From Alkanindiges illinoisensis DSM 15370 (GTDB lineage Bacteria > Pseudomonadota > Gammaproteobacteria > Pseudomonadales > Moraxellaceae), in assembly GCF_000619845.1 (NCBI RefSeq), contig NZ_JHUX01000003.1, positions 760,064 to 792,063 on the forward strand: a stretch of 32,000 nt of DNA, read 5' to 3'. Both the position numbers and the translations under genes were made by a program. Shown in pieces: positions 18,177-27,412 of the stretch; position 1 is the stretch's first letter, and the number at the start of each line of letters is the position of its first letter. The notes beneath the pieces were generated by a model. The model was not told the DNA's origin and searched no databases. It saw only the letters and a list, made by a program, of their open reading frames with translations.

Positions 18177-18737
18177 TTAGGAGCCGGAAGCAGGTGCATA
18201 TTGTCCTCGGATACGGAATAGATTGTATTGACCCTGATCAAGATTAGCATTCAAACCCTGACTGCTAAATTGTCCCTGATTAGTTTGAATTAAAACAGGT
18301 TGATCTGTTTCAATCCGGTTTTGTTTTGGATAACCGGTGAGCTGATTTGTAGTAAAGGTAATGGCAGCCTGTTCGTTACTGGCCAAGCGGTGGGCACGAA
18401 CATTGCCTGTTAGAATCACTTTTTCATTGTTGTTGTAACCAATAGCCTTGTCAGCGTTAAAAGTTGCAGCAGGCTGGCCTTGCTGATACCACGTAGTTTG
18501 CAGTTGCTCCAGTTCAGAACGATTTTCCTGTTCCCAGCGTTGCAGTTTGCTCGCTGTAGTGGTGGCTTCCAGTTGCCCGGTTTCTGTGGTTTTTAGCAAA
18601 TGAATATTGGTGGCATTGTAGGACAAATCCTGATTATTCTCGGCATTTAAATGTGCTGATTTACCACTATAAAAATAAAACAGGCCACTTACCACCGCAA
18701 TGCCCAGGGCAATGACATAGAGCAGTCGTGTATCCAT
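18177..18737 (-). CDS. lptC: LPS export system protein LptC
   Basis: The protein has a single N-terminal TM anchor (LLYVIALGIAVVSGLFYFY) and is 186 aa. The gene occupies the conserved position between kdsC and lptA. Confidence 0.85.
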   Translation of the reverse strand: MDTRLLYVIALGIAVVSGLFYFYSGKSAHLNAENNQDLSYNATNIHLLKTTETGQLEATTTASKLQRWEQENRSELEQLQTTWYQQGQPAATFNADKAIGYNNNEKVILTGNVRAHRLASNEQAAITFTTNQLTGYPKQNRIETDQPVLIQTNQGQFSSQGLNANLDQGQYNLFRIRGQYAPASGS

Positions 18738-18778
18738 AATTTTAAAACCCCAATACGAAAAATACGGGCCTAGACAGT

Positions 18779-19315
18779 TTAATGATGCGACAAAAACTCT
18801 TGCAGCAAGTCGGCATATACACCTTTGGCATGCAATAGCACATCACAGAATTCACGAACCGCGCCACGACCGCCATAAGCCTGCGTAATCAGGTTAGCAC
18901 GCCTACGGACTTCTTCATGGGCATTGGGCACAGTAATGGCAAGCCCCGCAATTTGCATGGCTGCCAGATCTGGCCAGTCATCACCCATATAGGCACAATC
19001 TTCTGGAGTAATCTGTAATGTTTGGCAAACTTCGCGCAGGGCAATGCCTTTGTCCTCACGGCCCTGGACCACCAAGTCAACACCCAGGCTTTGCATCCGG
19101 TTATTAACAATGTTACTGCTGCGACCAGTAATGACCGCTACTTTGATACCAGCCCGCTGTACCAGCTTCATGCCCAAGCCATCGCGTATATCGAATGACT
19201 TGATTTCTTCGCCGCTGTTGGTAAAGCTTAAAAAGCCGTCACTCAAAATGCCATCAACGTCCAGCACCAGTGCCTTGATATGACTGGCACGTTCCCTTAC
19301 GCTAAATGATGCCAT
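18779..19315 (-). CDS. kdsC: 3-deoxy-D-manno-octulosonate 8-phosphate phosphatase (HAD family)
   Basis: HAD motifs are present (LVLDVDGILSDG, YMGDDWPDL). The ATG shares one nucleotide with the kdsD stop codon (TAATG at 19313..19317). Confidence 0.9.
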   Translation of the reverse strand: MASFSVRERASHIKALVLDVDGILSDGFLSFTNSGEEIKSFDIRDGLGMKLVQRAGIKVAVITGRSSNIVNNRMQSLGVDLVVQGREDKGIALREVCQTLQITPEDCAYMGDDWPDLAAMQIAGLAITVPNAHEEVRRRANLITQAYGGRGAVREFCDVLLHAKGVYADLLQEFLSHH

Positions 19316-20325
19316 TAGTTGACTCCTGCACTGATAATGTCATGCATGGTAATAATTCCAATTAGTTCTTCGGCATCATTCACCACCAGAAACTGGCTGA
19401 TTTTTCTGTGATTCATCAATTCCAGTGCTTCCACTGCACGGACATCGGCGGTAATGGTTAAAGGTGTTTTGGTCATGATCTGCTCAATAGACGTGCTACC
19501 TTCAATCGAACTCATTTTTTCAAAGGTGCGGCGTAAGTCACCATCAGTAAACACACCCAGCACGTGATTTTTTTCATCAACCACTGCCGTCAAACCCAGT
19601 CGCTTGCTGGTCATTTCCAGCAGGGCTTCATGCAATGAGGTATTGGGCAGAATTTTTGGTAATTCGCGGCCTTTATGCATGATATCGCTAACATGCAGCA
19701 ATAAGCGCTTGCCTAATGCACCTGCTGGATGGGAGCGGGCAAAATCATCAGCAGTAAAACCACGTGCTTCCAGCAAGGCAACGGCCAGCGCATCTCCCAG
19801 CGCCAGTGTGGCAGTGGTACTGGATGTGGGGGCAAGACCGAGCGGGCAGGCTTCCTTGGATTCACCCAGCGTTAAGGCAACTTCAGCCAATTGTGGCATG
19901 GGGCCACGGTCATCCCGGCTAATGGTAATCAGTGGAATAGCATTACGCTTGACCAGTGGCATCAGCATCATGATTTCATCGCTTTTGCCGGAGTTGGAAA
20001 TAGCAACCAGTACATCACCCGGCACCAGCATACCCAGGTCACCATGACCTGCTTCACCGGGATGCATAAAAAACGAGGGCGTACCGGTTGAGGCCAATGT
20101 GGCAGCAATCTTGCGGCCGATGTGTCCGGACTTGCCCATGCCAGTAATGACCACACGGCCTGTGCAGGCCAGAATCAGGTTGCAGGCTTTGACAAAACGT
20201 GCATCAATTTGGTTCGCCAGTACGCTAAGCGCCTGTTGTTCAGTCTGAAGGGTAGCAAGGGCACTATTTAAAAAATCCTGTGAGGCAAAATTAGACTGGC
20301 TTGCAGACACGTGTACACCTTTCAT
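19315..20325 (-). CDS. kdsD: Arabinose-5-phosphate isomerase (SIS domain plus tandem CBS domains)
   Basis: The translation aligns with E. coli KdsD (GMGKSGHIGRKIAATLASTGTPSFFMHPGEAGHGDLGM, ACPLGLAPTSSTTATLALGDALAVALL, FTDGDLRR). Confidence 0.93.
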   Translation of the reverse strand: MKGVHVSASQSNFASQDFLNSALATLQTEQQALSVLANQIDARFVKACNLILACTGRVVITGMGKSGHIGRKIAATLASTGTPSFFMHPGEAGHGDLGMLVPGDVLVAISNSGKSDEIMMLMPLVKRNAIPLITISRDDRGPMPQLAEVALTLGESKEACPLGLAPTSSTTATLALGDALAVALLEARGFTADDFARSHPAGALGKRLLLHVSDIMHKGRELPKILPNTSLHEALLEMTSKRLGLTAVVDEKNHVLGVFTDGDLRRTFEKMSSIEGSTSIEQIMTKTPLTITADVRAVEALELMNHRKISQFLVVNDAEELIGIITMHDIISAGVN

Positions 20326-20487
20326 TAATGTATTTATTGCAATATCACTTATATAGGCAGTAATTATTGCAAAGCAAGCCTAATAACACAAAGCAATATT
20401 TTTGTTTAATGGTTGTTAAAAAAAAGCCATCAGGTATGATTTGCTGTTTTCCCGTGTCAATCCATAAATTTTATTGTGAGTTCATCA

Positions 20488-21963
20488 ATGAAGTCGTTTG
20501 TACTGTACAACTCCGAATTACGCCGTAAGGTTGAATTTGCACCTCTGGTTTCCGGGCAAATTGGACTCTATGTCTGTGGAATGACAGTCTACGATTACTG
20601 CCATATTGGTCATGCCCGTGTCATGGTGGCGTTTGACTATGTGGTACGGTTTTTGCGCTCGCAAGGCTGGCAGGTGAATTATGTGCGCAATATCACCGAT
20701 ATTGACGACAAGATTATCAAGCGTGCTAGCGACAACAATGAAAGCATTGGCGAGCTGACCTCACGCTTTATTGATGCCATGAATGAAGATGCGGCGCGTC
20801 TGGGTTGCTTAGCCCCGGATCAGGCACCACGGGCCACCGAATATATTGACCAGATGCAGGGTATGATTGGTAGCTTGATCAATAAAGGCCATGCTTATAA
20901 CGCCAATAATGGTGATGTTTATTATGCGGTAGAAAGTTTTGAAAAATATGGTCGTCTGTCTGGACGTAAACTAGACGATATGCAGGCAGGTGCCAGCGAG
21001 CGTGTTGACGTAGAAACTGACAAGAAAAACCCGTTTGATTTTGTGCTATGGAAAGCCGCCAAAGCCAGTGAACCGGCATGGCAATCGCCGTGGGGCAATG
21101 GACGTCCCGGTTGGCATATTGAATGCTCTGCCATGTCTACCTGCTGCCTGGGCAATACTTTTGACATTCATGGTGGTGGCGGTGATTTACTATTCCCGCA
21201 CCACGAAAATGAAATTGCACAAAGTGAAGGTGCAACCGGCGAAACTTATGTAAATAACTGGATGCACGTGGGTTTTGTCAATGTTGATGGCGAGAAAATG
21301 TCCAAGTCGCTGGGCAACTTCTTTACCATTCGTGATGTGATGCAAAAATTCACGCCGGAAGTAATCCGCTACTTTATTGTGTCCAGTCATTATCGCAGCC
21401 CGATCAATTTTTCCGATAGCGCTCTCAAAGATGCCAGACAGTCACTATCACGTTTTTATCTGGCGCTTAAAGAAGTCGACAATAACATCATTGCCCAGCA
21501 AGTCATGGCACAGGTCAATTCAGAACAGATTCAGGCGCATCCTTGGACTGAGCGATTTAACGAAGCCATGTCGGATGACTTTAATACGCCAGAAGCCTTG
21601 GCAGTGTTGTTTGAGCTGGTGCGTGAAATTAATCGTGCCCTGAAACATGAACAGTTTAGAAACGAGGCGATTTTAGCCGAACAGCACCGGGAAGCGGGGG
21701 TGTTGGGTGCTGTGCTTAAATATCTCGGTGATATTTTGGGCTTGCTGCAACAACAGCCGGATGTGTTTTTAAAGTCCAGTGCGGATGAAGCAAGTAGTAA
21801 TGGTTTTTCAGAAGATGACGTGCTAGCTGCCATTGAGGCACGCAAGCAGGCCAAGGCCAATAAGGACTTTGCAGCGGCCGACCGTATTCGTCAGGAGTTG
21901 CTGGCGCAAGGCATTATTCTGGAAGATAGCAAAGCAGGCACCACGTGGCGTCGTGCTGACTAA
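20488..21963 (+). CDS. cysS: Cysteine--tRNA ligase
   Basis: The class I motifs HIGH (CHIGHARV) and KMSKS ([13 protein letters not shown]), together with [15 protein letters not shown], support the call. I start at the ATG at 20488; a GTG at 20476 is possible. Confidence 0.93.
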   Translation: MKSFVLYNSELRRKVEFAPLVSGQIGLYVCGMTVYDYCHIGHARVMVAFDYVVRFLRSQGWQVNYVRNITDIDDKIIKRASDNNESIGELTSRFIDAMNEDAARLGCLAPDQAPRATEYIDQMQGMIGSLINKGHAYNANNGDVYYAVESFEKYGRLSGRKLDDMQAGASERVDVETDKKNPFDFVLWKAAKASEPAWQSPWGNGRPGWHIECSAMSTCCLGNTFDIHGGGGDLLFPHHENEIAQSEGATGETYVNNWMHVGFVNVDGEKMSKSLGNFFTIRDVMQKFTPEVIRYFIVSSHYRSPINFSDSALKDARQSLSRFYLALKEVDNNIIAQQVMAQVNSEQIQAHPWTERFNEAMSDDFNTPEALAVLFELVREINRALKHEQFRNEAILAEQHREAGVLGAVLKYLGDILGLLQQQPDVFLKSSADEASSNGFSEDDVLAAIEARKQAKANKDFAAADRIRQELLAQGIILEDSKAGTTWRRAD

Positions 21964-22021
21964 GGCGGACAGGAGCAGGGTGAAAAAATATTCAAACAAT
22001 AATTGAGTTATGCAAAAAAAG

Positions 22022-22049
22022 TTGACAGCTCTTTATTTTTGAATAAAAT
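22022..22049 (+). promoter_or_regulatory. Sigma-70-type promoter for tRNA-Gly (TTGACA - 16 nt - TAAAAT) preceded by an A-tract
   Basis: The hexamers are read directly at 22022..22027 and 22044..22049, about 55 nt upstream of the tRNA. Confidence 0.55.
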
Positions 22050-22106
22050 GCCACTCACCAAGTCGCCAAGCAGTCTAATGCTTACTTGTGACGAATTAAT
22101 GAATAT

Positions 22107-22182
<76 letters not shown>

Positions 22183-22186
22183 TTTT

Positions 22187-22217
22187 AGAACCAGCCCCAA
22201 AACTGGTTCTTTTTTTT
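22187..22217 (+). terminator. Rho-independent terminator after tRNA-Gly
   Basis: The stem agaaccag/ctggttct has an 8-nt loop and is followed by a T7 run. Confidence 0.85.
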
Positions 22218-22279
22218 ACCTGTAAAAAGTATAAAAAATATTCTTAATCTAACTTATGATTTTAATATAGATAGAAAAA

Positions 22280-22567
22280 ATGAAAGCAACATTAATGAAT
22301 GAGTTAAATGAGTTGCAAACTATTTTAAGAGTTTATAAATCTGAACCAAAAACGATAGTCAAATTCATCGTACTTCATAATATAGTAGATCATGCTTATA
22401 CAGTAGTGTGCGGTAATTTTTTCTATGAAAATTCAACAAGTGAAGAATACATAAGTTTTGAAAAGCAAACTGTAGAGCTATTATTAGATTTCCCACCAAT
22501 TGAGAGAATTGATTGGTTTAAGAGCGTCAGTGAAGCAGTTGAACATCATATGCTTACGTTTAATTAA
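22280..22567 (+). CDS. Small hypothetical protein, very A+T-rich orphan next to tRNA-Gly
   Basis: The ORF is 95 aa with no clear SD. I recognise no family, and coding status is uncertain. Confidence 0.4.
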   Translation: MKATLMNELNELQTILRVYKSEPKTIVKFIVLHNIVDHAYTVVCGNFFYENSTSEEYISFEKQTVELLLDFPPIERIDWFKSVSEAVEHHMLTFN

Positions 22568-22991
22568 CCCGTAATTGTGCTAAATTTTTGCATTTTCAAT
22601 AATAATCTAGGCTATAAAAGAAGCGCAAAGAATGATTTCATTCTAAATCTAGCTTATGTACATTTTATAATTTTTATATCAGTATTATTTTTAAGCATCA
22701 TAACGATCGCGTAATTCTTTTATATCAGTTTTTATGATATTGGGAATAAAGGGTTATTTTTTATGATGAAGGGAATATAGGTATAATAAAAGATTAGCTT
22801 TAAATTATTTGATCTATTTTATTGATTTTTAATAGAAATTTTCTAAAAAATATTTTTAAAGTGTGAAATTTAATTCAGTTAAAAAATAAAGAGTTATCGT
22901 AATTTTAGTAAAAGTATAAAAGAAAAATATTTCAGTTTTATTTCAAATCAACGATTATTACGCCGATTTCATTCCAAAGCAGAAGTTGCGA

Positions 22992-24569
22992 ATGCCTCAT
23001 TCAAAAATTCATGCCCCGGCGCACTGGCTATTTAAGCCCTTCGTTGCGCTTGTTGTACTCAGTGGTTTGATCTATGTTGCCATTCAGCTCAATGCTGATC
23101 TGGCCTCTCAAAACCCCATTCCCATGATTTCATTTGTAATGCTTGGTCTTGCGCTTATGGTTGCGCTAGGTTTTGAATTCGTCAATGGATTTCATGACAC
23201 CGCCAATGCGGTAGCCACCGTAATTTATACCAATGCCATGCCACCTCATCCTGCAGTAATCTGGTCAGGATTTTTTAATTTTCTGGGTGTTTTACTGTCC
23301 AGTGGTGCCGTGGCTTACGGTATTTTAGCGTTATTACCCGTTGAGCTAATTCTCAATGTAGGCACCAATGCCGGATTTGCCATGATTTTTGCCTTACTGA
23401 TTGCGGCAATTATCTGGAACATGGGCACCTGGTATTTTGGGATTCCAGCATCCAGTTCCCATACGCTGATTGGTTCCATTGTAGGTGTTGGCCTGATGAA
23501 TCAGTTGCTGGCACCACCCAATATTGCGACCAGTAGTCTGGACTGGACTCAGGTTGCTAAAGTGGGAACTGCATTGATTGTTTCCCCGATTATCGGTTTT
23601 ACAGTGGCAGCACTGGTATTGCTAATCTTGCGTAAGGTGCTTAAGAGTAAGCCTGATTTATTTACGCCGCCGGAGGGTGATGCACCACCGCCATTCTGGA
23701 TTCGGGTATTGCTGATTCTGACCTGTACTGGTGTTAGTTTTGCACATGGCTCCAATGATGGGCAAAAGGGCATGGGCTTAATCATGCTCATCCTGATTGG
23801 AATTGTGCCATTATCCTATTCACTCAACCGCACGATGGATGAAACACAGGCGCAAACCTTTGCGGCCATTTCAGAAAAATCCTCAAGCCTACTGGCGGAT
23901 AACCGTTATATCAGCATGCAGGATGACCATGCGCGCGATGTAGTGACGTTGTATTTGCAGCATCATCAGCAGACACCTGAGCTATTGCAGGCCATTAGTG
24001 TGCTGGCTCATGAAGTAGGTTCGGATGTGGCGCGATTTGGCTCGTTAAATAATGTGCCACACGAGGAAACCCGTAACCTGCGTAATGACATGTATCTCAA
24101 TGCCACAGCCTTAAAGCAGCTTTCCAAGGAGGGCGGCTTAAAGCATTTGAATGATGTAGACCAGCAAATGCTGAAGGCCTACCGTGAGCAACTGGATAAG
24201 GCTACCCAGTTTATTCCAATCTGGGTAAAGGTCGCTGTTGCGATTGCGCTTGGCATGGGCACGATGGTGGGCTGGAAACGTGTAGTGCGGACAGTGGGCG
24301 AGCGTATTGGCAAGCAACACCTGACCTATGCACAGGGCGCGTCTGCAGAAGCTGTCGCCATGACTACCATTAGTGTGGCAGATATGTTTGGTATGCCCGT
24401 GAGTACCACACAAGTAGTTTCCAGTGCTGTCGCGGGAACGATGGTCGCGAACAAGGCAGGCTTGCAGGTAAAAACCATTAAGATGATTTTATCTGCATGG
24501 TTACTCACGTTACCAGCTTCCATTATATTGTCTGGTTGTCTGTACTGGTTATTTCGTCAATTCGTATAG
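22992..24569 (+). CDS. pitA: Inorganic phosphate transporter, PiT family (low-affinity Pi/metal-phosphate:H+ symporter)
   Basis: The translation aligns with E. coli PitA (FVNGFHDTANAVATVIYT, WNMGTWYFGIPASSSHTLIGSIVG, FAHGSNDGQKGMGL, GMPVSTTQVVSSAVAGTM). The start is the ATG at 22992 or the TTG at 22986. Confidence 0.92.
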   Translation: MPHSKIHAPAHWLFKPFVALVVLSGLIYVAIQLNADLASQNPIPMISFVMLGLALMVALGFEFVNGFHDTANAVATVIYTNAMPPHPAVIWSGFFNFLGVLLSSGAVAYGILALLPVELILNVGTNAGFAMIFALLIAAIIWNMGTWYFGIPASSSHTLIGSIVGVGLMNQLLAPPNIATSSLDWTQVAKVGTALIVSPIIGFTVAALVLLILRKVLKSKPDLFTPPEGDAPPPFWIRVLLILTCTGVSFAHGSNDGQKGMGLIMLILIGIVPLSYSLNRTMDETQAQTFAAISEKSSSLLADNRYISMQDDHARDVVTLYLQHHQQTPELLQAISVLAHEVGSDVARFGSLNNVPHEETRNLRNDMYLNATALKQLSKEGGLKHLNDVDQQMLKAYREQLDKATQFIPIWVKVAVAIALGMGTMVGWKRVVRTVGERIGKQHLTYAQGASAEAVAMTTISVADMFGMPVSTTQVVSSAVAGTMVANKAGLQVKTIKMILSAWLLTLPASIILSGCLYWLFRQFV

Positions 24570-24591
24570 TTTAATCAGATTGTCATAAAAA

Positions 24592-24618
24592 CCCCTTAAA
24601 TCTTTAAGGGGTTTTTTT
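24592..24618 (+). terminator. Rho-independent terminator after pitA
   Basis: The stem ccccttaa/ttaagggg has a 4-nt loop and is followed by a T7 run. Confidence 0.85.
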
Positions 24619-24646
24619 ATGGCGGCAAATTTTTTGTTTCATCAAC

Positions 24647-24664
24647 TTGTCATATTAGTGTCAT
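24647..24664 (+). promoter_or_regulatory. Pho box (PhoB binding site) TTGTCAT-atta-GTGTCAT, with a -10-like CACAAT at 24675..24680
   Basis: Two 7-bp direct repeats separated by 4 bp match the CTGTCAT-N4-CTGTCAT architecture. The site replaces a -35 element about 10 bp upstream of the -10 hexamer and about 85 bp upstream of pstS. Confidence 0.75.
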
Positions 24665-24749
24665 GTTTGCCTTTCACAATACCTGCAAGCCAGTAAAGCT
24701 GCATTAATTGATTAGCGGCTTTAATTTTAAAAGCAAAATAGAGGTCGAC

Positions 24750-25787
24750 ATGAACCGGATTAACCGTAAATTAACCACGACATTACTTGTTGCAGCAACA
24801 ATGGGGATGACCTTCACTGCCAATGCAGCGCGCGATACCATTCAGATTGCTGGTTCTTCCACTGTACTGCCGTATTCCAGCGTTGTTGCTGAGCAGTTTG
24901 GTCAGGCATTCCCACAATTTAAAACGCCGGTGGTGGGTTCTGGTGGTTCAGGCGCAGGCATCAAGCAATTTTGTGAAAGTGTTGCGGAAAATTCTCTGGA
25001 CATTGCCAATGCCTCACGTCCCATGAAAACTACTGAAATTGAAACCTGTAAGAAAAATGGCGTAAAAAAAATTCAGGAAGTAAAAATTGGTTATGACGGT
25101 ATCGTGTTTGCATTTGATGCCAGCAAAAAACCTTTTAATTTAATGCCTTCTCATTTGTATGCTGCTCTGGCTGAAAAAGTACCTGGTAAAAATGGCAAGC
25201 TAATGCCAAATCCATATACCAACTGGAATCAGATCAGCAAATCTCTGCCTAATCAGGAAATCGTTCTGATTATCCCGGGTTCCAACCACGGTACACGCGA
25301 AGTATTTGAAGAAAAAGTACTCAAAACAGGTGCTGATGCTTATGAATATTTCCATAAGGACAACCTGAGTGATACTGACGAAAAAGCAAAAACGGCAATT
25401 CGCAAAGATGGCCGCGTGATTGAAATCGCAGGCGACTACACCGAAACGCTGGCGCGTCTGGCGTCAAACAAGAATGCAGTTGGTGTTTTTGGTCTGGGCT
25501 TCTACGATGCGAACCGCGACAAGCTAAAAGTGGCGAGCGTAAAAGGCGTGATTCCAAATGAGCAAACGGTTGCTTCTGGCAAATATCCGGTATCTCGTCC
25601 ACTGTATTTCTACGTGAAGTCTCAACACATTGGTGCTGTTCCAGGAATTTCTGAATACACCCAGTTTTTCTTAAGTGAAAAAGTATCAGGTCAGGGTAGC
25701 CAGCTGAACAAAGCCGGTCTGATTGCCTTGCCTAAAGCTGAACGCGCTAAAGTGCTGGCTGACTTCAAAAAAGGCAAGTCGCTGTAA
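24750..25787 (+). CDS. pstS: Phosphate ABC transporter substrate-binding protein (PstS family, Pseudomonas-type)
   Basis: GAGG lies 5 nt before the ATG at 24750. The signal peptide is TTLLVAATMGMTFTANA/ARD, and the mature N-terminus IQIAGSSTVLPY is typical of this PstS subfamily. The gene is first in the pst operon. Confidence 0.9.
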   Translation: MNRINRKLTTTLLVAATMGMTFTANAARDTIQIAGSSTVLPYSSVVAEQFGQAFPQFKTPVVGSGGSGAGIKQFCESVAENSLDIANASRPMKTTEIETCKKNGVKKIQEVKIGYDGIVFAFDASKKPFNLMPSHLYAALAEKVPGKNGKLMPNPYTNWNQISKSLPNQEIVLIIPGSNHGTREVFEEKVLKTGADAYEYFHKDNLSDTDEKAKTAIRKDGRVIEIAGDYTETLARLASNKNAVGVFGLGFYDANRDKLKVASVKGVIPNEQTVASGKYPVSRPLYFYVKSQHIGAVPGISEYTQFFLSEKVSGQGSQLNKAGLIALPKAERAKVLADFKKGKSL

Positions 25788-25840
25788 TTGATTAGATTAA
25801 AGCTGGGGGTTGGGTAGCAATCCCCGATTTTGTCATGTCA

Positions 25841-25955
25841 ACAGTTAAAAACAGTACTCAAAACTAACGATTAAAAAGTTACCAACTAAAAACTGTCGAT
25901 TAAAAGCGATCAACTGAAATTTATCACTTGAAAGCGAGTATTTGAAGGCGATTAC
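25841..25955 (+). repeat. Four to five degenerate copies of an A-rich tandem repeat of about 28 nt in the pstS-pstC spacer
   Basis: CGATTAAAA recurs at 25868 and 25896 and CGATTA at 25949. TT(A/G)AAAGCGA recurs at 25899 and 25928. CAACT(A/G)AAA recurs at 25884 and 25910. The two best units match at roughly three quarters of positions by eye. Confidence 0.55.
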
Positions 25956-26036
25956 ATGAAAAGCATGAAGTGTCATCTGGCATGTTACACCTGCAGGGAC
26001 ACAGGCTGTTGTGACATATTGGTGGAGCAGTTATGA
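25956..26036 (+). CDS. Candidate 26-codon Cys-rich small ORF (MKSMKCHLACYTCRDTGCCDILVEQL) translationally coupled to pstC
   Basis: GAAGG lies 7 nt upstream of the ATG at 25956. The TGA stop overlaps the pstC ATG (ATGA at 26033..26036). Local composition shifts from A-rich repeats to coding-like sequence. No homology evidence is available. Confidence 0.3.
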   Translation: MKSMKCHLACYTCRDTGCCDILVEQL

Positions 26037-27412
26037 ATCTCTTATTGTTGGGTGGTTTGCTGATCCTCATGGCGGTGGCATATACACTGGGGTTAAAGCG
26101 CAGTAAGACATTGGCCGGTAGTAGCAGGAATTCCAGCCAGTTACACTCAAGACCAGGCTATTACGCAACGCTGGTTGCACTGTGGTGTGGTGTTCCAGCG
26201 CTTCTGGTTTTAATTTTATGGTCATTTTTTGAGCCGATAGTAACGCGCCATATAGTGGAACAAGCGCTTCCTGCTCATGTGGTTGCAACCTTGCAAGGAG
26301 CACAGTGGGATGCCTTGCTTGAGCGTTTAAAAAATATTGCGACGGGTTATGGGGTGGCTGACCAGCCAGAAGCTTATGAGCTAAAAGCCGCAGCAGCGCT
26401 TAAATCAGTGTTGACGATTGCACCGCTGGCAAAACTGGCTGTTGTGTTTGCAATCGCTGCAGCCGGACTGTCTTATGCATTACGTAAAATCGTGCCGCAA
26501 TTACGCGCGCGTAATATTGTTGAAAAATTTCTCAAAATTGTATTGGCACTTTGTTCGGGAGTTGCTGTGCTGACCACGCTTGGCATTGTGTTGTCAATGT
26601 TCAGTGAAGCACTGCATTTCTTCAAGTTCGTTAATCCGGCAACTTTCTTTTTTGGCACAGAGTGGAGTCCGGGCTTTAGCGCAAATGGACAGGCAACCGG
26701 TGGATATGGTTTGCTACCACTACTGTGGGGCACGCTGATGATTAGTTTTATCGCGATGCTGGTGGCAGTCCCGGTGGGCTTAATGGCAGCGATTTATATG
26801 GCTGAATATGCCACGCCACGTTTCCGTAATTTTGCCAAACCGGTGCTGGAAATTCTGGCAGGCATTCCCACGATTGTTTATGGGGTGTTTGCACTACTGG
26901 TGGTTGGCCCGTTACTGCATTATCTGGGTAGTCTGGTGGGCGTGAATATCAACGCCACCTCTGCACTGACTGCAGGACTGGTAATGGGAATCATGATCAT
27001 CCCATTCATCTCATCCTTGTCTGACGACATTATTATTCAGGTGCCTCGCTCACTAAGAGATGGTTCTTTGGGCTTGGGTGCTACCAAATCGGAAACCATT
27101 AAAAACGTGGTATTACCCGCAGCATTGCCCGGCATTATGGGCGCATTTTTATTGGCAGTAAGCCGTGCTATTGGTGAAACCATGATTGTGGTTCTGGCGG
27201 CAGGGAATAGTCCGCTGCTGCATGGTAATCCATTTGCGGCGGTGTCTACCATTACGGTAACCATTGTAAACCAGTTAACGGGTGATACGGACTTTGGCAG
27301 TCCGCAAGCACTGGTGGCATTTGCGCTTGGTCTTACCTTGTTTGTTATTACGCTGGGGTTAAATGTGATCGCGTTAATCATTGTGCGCAAATATCGGGAG
27401 CAATACGAATGA
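26033..27412 (+). CDS. pstC: Phosphate ABC transporter permease PstC (long form)
   Basis: The C-terminal half has the PstC permease core (EAA-like region SRAIGETMIVVLAAG), and the extra N-terminal TM and periplasmic portion resembles the Pseudomonas-type long PstC. GGTGGAG lies upstream of the ATG. Confidence 0.9.
   Translation: MNLLLLGGLLILMAVAYTLGLKRSKTLAGSSRNSSQLHSRPGYYATLVALWCGVPALLVLILWSFFEPIVTRHIVEQALPAHVVATLQGAQWDALLERLKNIATGYGVADQPEAYELKAAAALKSVLTIAPLAKLAVVFAIAAAGLSYALRKIVPQLRARNIVEKFLKIVLALCSGVAVLTTLGIVLSMFSEALHFFKFVNPATFFFGTEWSPGFSANGQATGGYGLLPLLWGTLMISFIAMLVAVPVGLMAAIYMAEYATPRFRNFAKPVLEILAGIPTIVYGVFALLVVGPLLHYLGSLVGVNINATSALTAGLVMGIMIIPFISSLSDDIIIQVPRSLRDGSLGLGATKSETIKNVVLPAALPGIMGAFLLAVSRAIGETMIVVLAAGNSPLLHGNPFAAVSTITVTIVNQLTGDTDFGSPQALVAFALGLTLFVITLGLNVIALIIVRKYREQYE

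Noticed and set aside
17612-18250. The long form of lptA starting at 18250 or 18199.
   Set aside because: It would overlap the lptC 3' end and place non-signal-peptide residues before the hydrophobic core. The start at 18136 gives a canonical signal peptide.
19604-20156. Plus-strand ORFs 19604..20047 and 19891..20091, and minus-strand off-frame ORF 19968..20156, inside kdsD.
   Set aside because: They are alternative-frame artefacts within kdsD, and their Ser/Ala/Pro-rich translations are typical of wrong frames.
22183-22300. A mobile genetic element integrated at tRNA-Gly (and similarly at the CAU tRNA, 30897..31216).
   Set aside because: There is no integrase, recombinase or transposase ORF, and I could find no direct repeat of either tRNA 3' end downstream. 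At most these are decayed remnants (see findings).
25805-25830. A hairpin after pstS considered as an intra-operon terminator.
   Set aside because: It has only a 4-bp G/C stem with a 12-nt loop and a short T-run, which is too weak to call. It is mentioned only as context in a finding.
25841-25955. The A-rich repeats in the pstS-pstC spacer considered as a CRISPR array.
   Set aside because: The units are contiguous and degenerate, with no unique spacers, no palindromic repeat core, and no cas genes in the window.
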